Under the pieces are notes generated by a model, which saw nothing but the letters and a program-made list of their open reading frames with translations, was not told the origin of the DNA and made no database searches. DNA of 31,512 nt. It comes from an uncultured virus (IMG/VR IMGVR_UViG_3300028734_000015). Taxonomy: Duplodnaviria; Heunggongvirae; Uroviricota; Caudoviricetes. The first letter of the stretch is position 1; every line of letters begins with the position of its first letter. The position numbers were made by a program, and so were the translations under genes. The stretch lies in the IMG/VR virus record IMGVR_UViG_3300028734_000015; one strand, written 5' to 3'. Of the stretch, positions 27,855-31,512 are shown in pieces.

Positions 27855-27907
27855 AGTCGAACCCTCGTCCAAACTACTAGTCTAATGACTTAGCAGCTGA
27901 TATGAGT

Positions 27908-28390
27908 TTAATATAGTATTTCGATTGTTTTTCGGCAATCTATATCCCATATTGTGAATTCGTGTCTGAAGAATCCTTGCTCTTCTGATACGTCAATTCT
28001 TATTCTGTCATCTGTCATGTAATTTAATACAACTCTTTTCCCTCGAAGTTCTTCACGTTTTGGGAGTTGTTTTTTTACGACAGTGTTATACATTTCAGTT
28101 GGAATACCTTTAGGCATATCCCCTTTTAAATAAAGGTAGATTTTTTTAAGATCATTCGTGTCTCTTTTGTGGAGTAGATCGATCATTAGTGAATGCTTTT
28201 GTTTGTAATTCAACTTTCTTAAAGATATATTATGCAATTTTGGTGTTATTTCCCAGTGATCTGATATGAACTTTTTAAGTTGGTCTGAATTAATTTTGGT
28301 AAATAAGTCTTTTACTGCATCGTATACTTCTGTTTTTGTTTTAGCCTCTCCAATCAAGGATATGGTAATTTCTTCTTGTTCTTTTGTCAT
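27908..28390 (-). CDS. Hypothetical protein
   Basis: 160-aa ORF ending immediately before the tmRNA acceptor piece. Confidence 0.75.
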   Translation of the reverse strand: MTKEQEEITISLIGEAKTKTEVYDAVKDLFTKINSDQLKKFISDHWEITPKLHNISLRKLNYKQKHSLMIDLLHKRDTNDLKKIYLYLKGDMPKGIPTEMYNTVVKKQLPKREELRGKRVVLNYMTDDRIRIDVSEEQGFFRHEFTIWDIDCRKTIEILY

Positions 28391-28531
28391 TATGACGATT
28401 ATTATTGATTAATAATGTTTATTAAAAGTAAAAATAAAGGTACTTTAGGTTCACGACATTGTCACGATTTAATTTCCCTTTATAGGCTATTGGTTAAACC
28501 AATAACTCCACCAATCGGCGTTAGCCAATAT

Positions 28532-28645
28532 CTATATTCGATCTTTCTTACTAAATGGAGCCATTTTCCTTTTTAATTCTGGTTCGTCAGCTCCATCTTT
28601 TCTGAAATCGTTTTGCGGTTTTCCTGCTTTTAGAGATTTACTCAT
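28532..28645 (-). CDS. Small protein (37 aa) missing from the ORF track
   Basis: MSKSLKAGKPQNDFRKDGADEPELKGKWLHLVKKDRI* with the genome-typical leader TTTAAATCAATTAAAAG. Confidence 0.5.
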   Translation of the reverse strand: MSKSLKAGKPQNDFRKDGADEPELKRKMAPFSKKDRI

Positions 28646-28687
28646 CTTTTAATTGATTTAAATGATTTATAATACAGTTAATAATTG

Positions 28688-28761
28688 TAGCCAATATCGG
28701 AATTGAACCGATGACCTCTAGATTTTACAAACCTAGTGCTCTCCCACTGAGCTAATTGGCT
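28688..28761 (-). tRNA. Atypical tRNA: anticodon GUA (Tyr) on a 6-bp stem, or Thr(UGU) with a 9-nt loop
   Basis: AGCCAAT/ATTGGCT acceptor; GCTC-AGTGGGA-GAGC; CTAGG-TTTGTAAAA-TCTAG; short variable loop AGGTC; ATCGG-TTCAATT-CCGAT. Confidence 0.8.
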
Positions 28762-29136
28762 TCCACCACTTTCGATGGATTTTTGGTGATTTTGTCGACT
28801 AATTGGAGAGCCTGTCAATAGACAAAATCTCCTAATTATTTACCAGTAAATATAAAAGTTGTCGACAACTAATATATTATGATATTTACCTAACAACTGA
28901 TGCCATATCATGGGCGATCCTAATTTCTATTTGCGGTAGAGGAGGATAATCATTACATATGATAGAGTTTGTTGTTCTTCTTATATAATTGATTTTCGGT
29001 TTACAAAACCGTTTTAATGTACTTTTTGTATTTATTAATCTTTTAAGTCAACCAAACTTAGCATTAAGAGTATATTTTGCGCTTTTTCAGCAAATATTAT
29101 CACAATGGGGATCGTATAACTTTTTTGATTTTTTAT

Positions 29137-30006
29137 TTAGTACTGTTTAACTGGTAAATAATTCTGCCCTCCTGAAATTTCACCTAATATCCGAAGATAC
29201 TTTTCATTTGGGGTTTTATTTTTGTATTTTGCACATTCAGTTATGTGTATTGCTACAAGTATCTGAAGCACTAATGTTTTATATTGCAGTGTGGGCGTTC
29301 CCATTCTCCATTCAATTGTATTGAACTCAGATTGCGATTTTATATATGAATAAAATATTTGAACTGCTTGGTTGTATACACTTTCAATTGCTCTTTCTGA
29401 GTGGCCTGTTAGGTTTGCTAGTATGTCATTCACTGCATAGCCTATTTTTGTTATTTCACTGCCCCATATGCCTTGTGTTTCTCCCAATACATCTGTACAG
29501 TCTACATGATAATGCATTCCGCTTTTTTCGGCTATTTTGCAATTGTTATTTTTCATCCATTCTAATAGTATGTAAAGAGCTTTCAGTCCTTTCATTCCAT
29601 TTATTCTTAGACGATTTTCTCTTAGTCTTCCAAGGCATACTCCTGGTCTCTCTCCAGAAGTTCCTCCTCCATCCCATCCTGAATTAAATGAGACTGCTCC
29701 ATTTGCCAATAATTGCTTTTCTAATTGCTGACAATTGCATCCATCATATTCTATTTCTATTCCGATGTTAATGGATTTGTAAATTCTTTTCTTTTTTCCA
29801 GGTCTTTTTTGAAATCTACCTTTATCTTTATTGTACATTCTGTATATTTCTCCTGGTTTTTGTATTGCTACGTATTTGTAAGGCCATATCTTATCAAGGA
29901 ATTGGTCCATCATTTTAATGTTTTTTTGTTCTATTCTGAACATTTTGAATGCTATTGTGCTTTCTGATAAAGCTTCAATGCATGATTTTTGCCAATTTGT
30001 TGACAT
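29137..30006 (-). CDS. Putative amidoligase (COOH-NH2 ligase-type) enzyme
   Basis: IGIEIE, SGMHYHV and NTIEWR motifs, characteristic of the putative amidoligase family. Confidence 0.65.
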   Translation of the reverse strand: MSTNWQKSCIEALSESTIAFKMFRIEQKNIKMMDQFLDKIWPYKYVAIQKPGEIYRMYNKDKGRFQKRPGKKKRIYKSINIGIEIEYDGCNCQQLEKQLLANGAVSFNSGWDGGGTSGERPGVCLGRLRENRLRINGMKGLKALYILLEWMKNNNCKIAEKSGMHYHVDCTDVLGETQGIWGSEITKIGYAVNDILANLTGHSERAIESVYNQAVQIFYSYIKSQSEFNTIEWRMGTPTLQYKTLVLQILVAIHITECAKYKNKTPNEKYLRILGEISGGQNYLPVKQY

Positions 30007-30034
30007 GTTTTTGTTTTTTTTGGTGGTTTAACAT

Positions 30035-30064
30035 AACACTCCTTACATAATTGTAAGGAGTGTT
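30035..30064. terminator. Perfect 13-bp intergenic hairpin (terminator or processing site)
   Basis: AACACTCCTTACA-taat-TGTAAGGAGTGTT. Confidence 0.5.
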
Positions 30065-30082
30065 GATTGTTTATTTTTGTAA

Positions 30083-30331
30083 TTAATATCTGCGTGGAGG
30101 TTCTCCGTCGGCCTTTGATTTTGATTTCTCAGGCTCTTGTGCTGGCGTTGGTTTTCCGGCGATAATTATTGCAACTTCTGTTTGCAGGTCTTTTGAGTCT
30201 TTGTAGGCTTTTGTTGACTTAACTGCGGTTGCTAATTCCAAATCTGTTGACTTTGTACCTTTCAATAATGAAGTCACTTTTGCATTTGCTGCAAATCTGT
30301 AATTTAATAACGATAAACGAAATTTACTCAT
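30083..30331 (-). CDS. Small hypothetical protein
   Basis: 82-aa ORF with an AT-rich leader. Confidence 0.7.
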   Translation of the reverse strand: MSKFRLSLLNYRFAANAKVTSLLKGTKSTDLELATAVKSTKAYKDSKDLQTEVAIIIAGKPTPAQEPEKSKSKADGEPPRRY

Positions 30332-30404
30332 GATTTTGATAATTTAGAGTGTTATTTATAAATTGGTGGTTTTAGCGTTTAATCTACCACGCTTAAAGAT
30401 TTTT

Positions 30405-30776
30405 TTATTCTTCTATTGGTATTCCTGGTTTGTTCAGCTCTTGTCCTATAGTGGCTACTGGTTTGATATTTATTAATATTAATCTACATTCTTTTGGGTA
30501 TATATACCTGGTTAATCGTATTACTTCTGATGTTTTTAGATCTGAATAAATACTTACTACCTGTGCGTACGTTTCGTCATAGAATATATAATTTGCCGAT
30601 AACTTTTCTGTGACTCGGGTTGATAATTCATTTTTTGGAATTGATGTCCCTGCTAAAAATTCTGCTTTTTCTATTCGTTTACCTTCTTTAATCCCATTCA
30701 CTTTTGTTGCCTGTGTTACTACCGAAAACAAAAGTATGCAGATTATCACTACAATTGCTAATAAAAGATTTTTCAT
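30405..30776 (-). CDS. Secreted/membrane hypothetical protein
   Basis: Signal-peptide-like MKNLLLAIVVIICILLFSVVTQA. Confidence 0.75.
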   Translation of the reverse strand: MKNLLLAIVVIICILLFSVVTQATKVNGIKEGKRIEKAEFLAGTSIPKNELSTRVTEKLSANYIFYDETYAQVVSIYSDLKTSEVIRLTRYIYPKECRLILINIKPVATIGQELNKPGIPIEE

Positions 30777-30809
30777 TTAAATTGATTTTAAATTGTTAAT
30801 ACTAATTTG

Positions 30810-30881
30810 TGGCAGTCTAGGGATTCGAACCCGTTCTTTCCGCTGTCTATCATAGTGCTCTCATACTATGTAGATACTGCC
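30810..30881 (-). ncRNA. tRNA-like RNA lacking an anticodon arm (9/3-type acceptor/T helix)
   Basis: GGCAGT(AT)CTA / TAGACTGCC-A; T-arm GGG-TTCGAAT-CCC; single internal hairpin CATAGT-ATGAGAGC-ACTATG. Confidence 0.6.
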
Positions 30882-30889
30882 TTGTGCCA

Positions 30890-31195
30890 TTATCTTTTTA
30901 AGATTTCATTCCAATATTGGTATCCATCTTTTGTTTCCGTCCAATCAAACGCTCTTGCTATGAAAGTTCTCCAATATTTTAGTTTATTTAAATATATTGC
31001 TGAATCTATCGTCCTCCAAGTGGTAATATCCACACATTCTGTTGCGTGAAGGCAAACTGGTCCAGGAGCGCTTTCAGTACCTACTCTTAATAGATATGCT
31101 CTTAGTTCTTTAATGAATTTTGATTTAATTCTCAATCTTTTGAGTTTTAATTCAAATTCAGGTTTAAATTGGATGTTAATTTGTTTTTTTGACAT
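30890..31195 (-). CDS. Hypothetical phage protein
   Basis: 101-aa ORF ending AFDWTETKDGYQYWNEI. Confidence 0.75.
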   Translation of the reverse strand: MSKKQINIQFKPEFELKLKRLRIKSKFIKELRAYLLRVGTESAPGPVCLHATECVDITTWRTIDSAIYLNKLKYWRTFIARAFDWTETKDGYQYWNEILKR

Positions 31196-31512
31196 ACTAA
31201 ATTGATTTTAGATTGTTAATTAATATTTTAAAACACCCATACATTAGTTGTAAAGCGGAACCATGGTTCTATTATTCGCCTTATGTATGGGTGTTAATGT
31301 GTTTAGTTACTTTCTTTTCCGTATTCGTAAGCTTTATTATGTAGTATTCATAAGCCTGTGCGCGCCCTGTCACATATTTGACGGCGTTGTACTTTGATTT
31401 CACTAATATTGGTAAGTAATAAATAATAGGTAGGAACTTTATACCCCACTATTGAGCCTCCATGGCGCCTATACGGTTATAATACGCTTTTTATTTGTTA
31501 CTTATTGTTCCC

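Larger units (their letters stand above)
27091..27905 (-). ncRNA. ssrA: tmRNA acceptor piece (exon 1 ~27905-27855, exon 2 27103-27091), interrupted by a group I intron
   Basis: Spliced: ...GGAC-GAGGG-TTCGACT^CCCTC-CAGGTCC-A; pairs with GGGCCTG to give G3-U70 and discriminator A73. Confidence 0.85.

Noticed and set aside
8107..31049. Numerous + strand ORFs of 60-146 aa inside the - strand block, and - strand ORFs inside the giant gene
   Set aside because: Antisense shadows of real genes with F/S/I/L-rich composition and no motifs; only the HNH ORF is credible.
1..31512. Stop-codon reassignment (TAG or TGA), as seen in some crAss-like phages
   Set aside because: Genes are full-length and densely packed under code 11; TGA (6525, 10424) and TAG (15851, 21558) end genes at sensible boundaries; no suppressor tRNA is seen.

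Overview
AT-rich segment of a crAss-like (Crassvirales-type, probably Bacteroidota-infecting) phage genome, read with the standard code. The + strand (1-6525) carries the end of one large gene and a ~2020-aa virion cargo-type protein with a zincin-like HEMFGH motif, followed by a terminator. Nearly everything after that is on the - strand. It includes a replication/recombination module (PD-(D/E)xK nuclease, vWA + MoxR AAA pair, primase, SSB-like protein, AAA_24 ATPase, DnaB helicase, initiator-like protein), then an accessory region with an ECF sigma factor, a metallophosphoesterase, an amidoligase-like gene and many small ORFs. The main find is at ~26810-27905 (-): a circularly permuted, two-piece, apparently pseudoknot-1-less tmRNA gene. 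Its T-loop is interrupted by a group I intron that carries an HNH endonuclease ORF on the opposite strand. The - strand operon also holds two tRNAs with odd features, several non-canonical tRNA-like elements (8/4, 9/3 and 12-bp acceptor-like helices ending ACAA/ACCA), and a ~1.2-kb ORF-poor region with long-range base pairing that is a candidate large ncRNA. All calls were made by eye from sequence motifs; no searches or folding programs were run.
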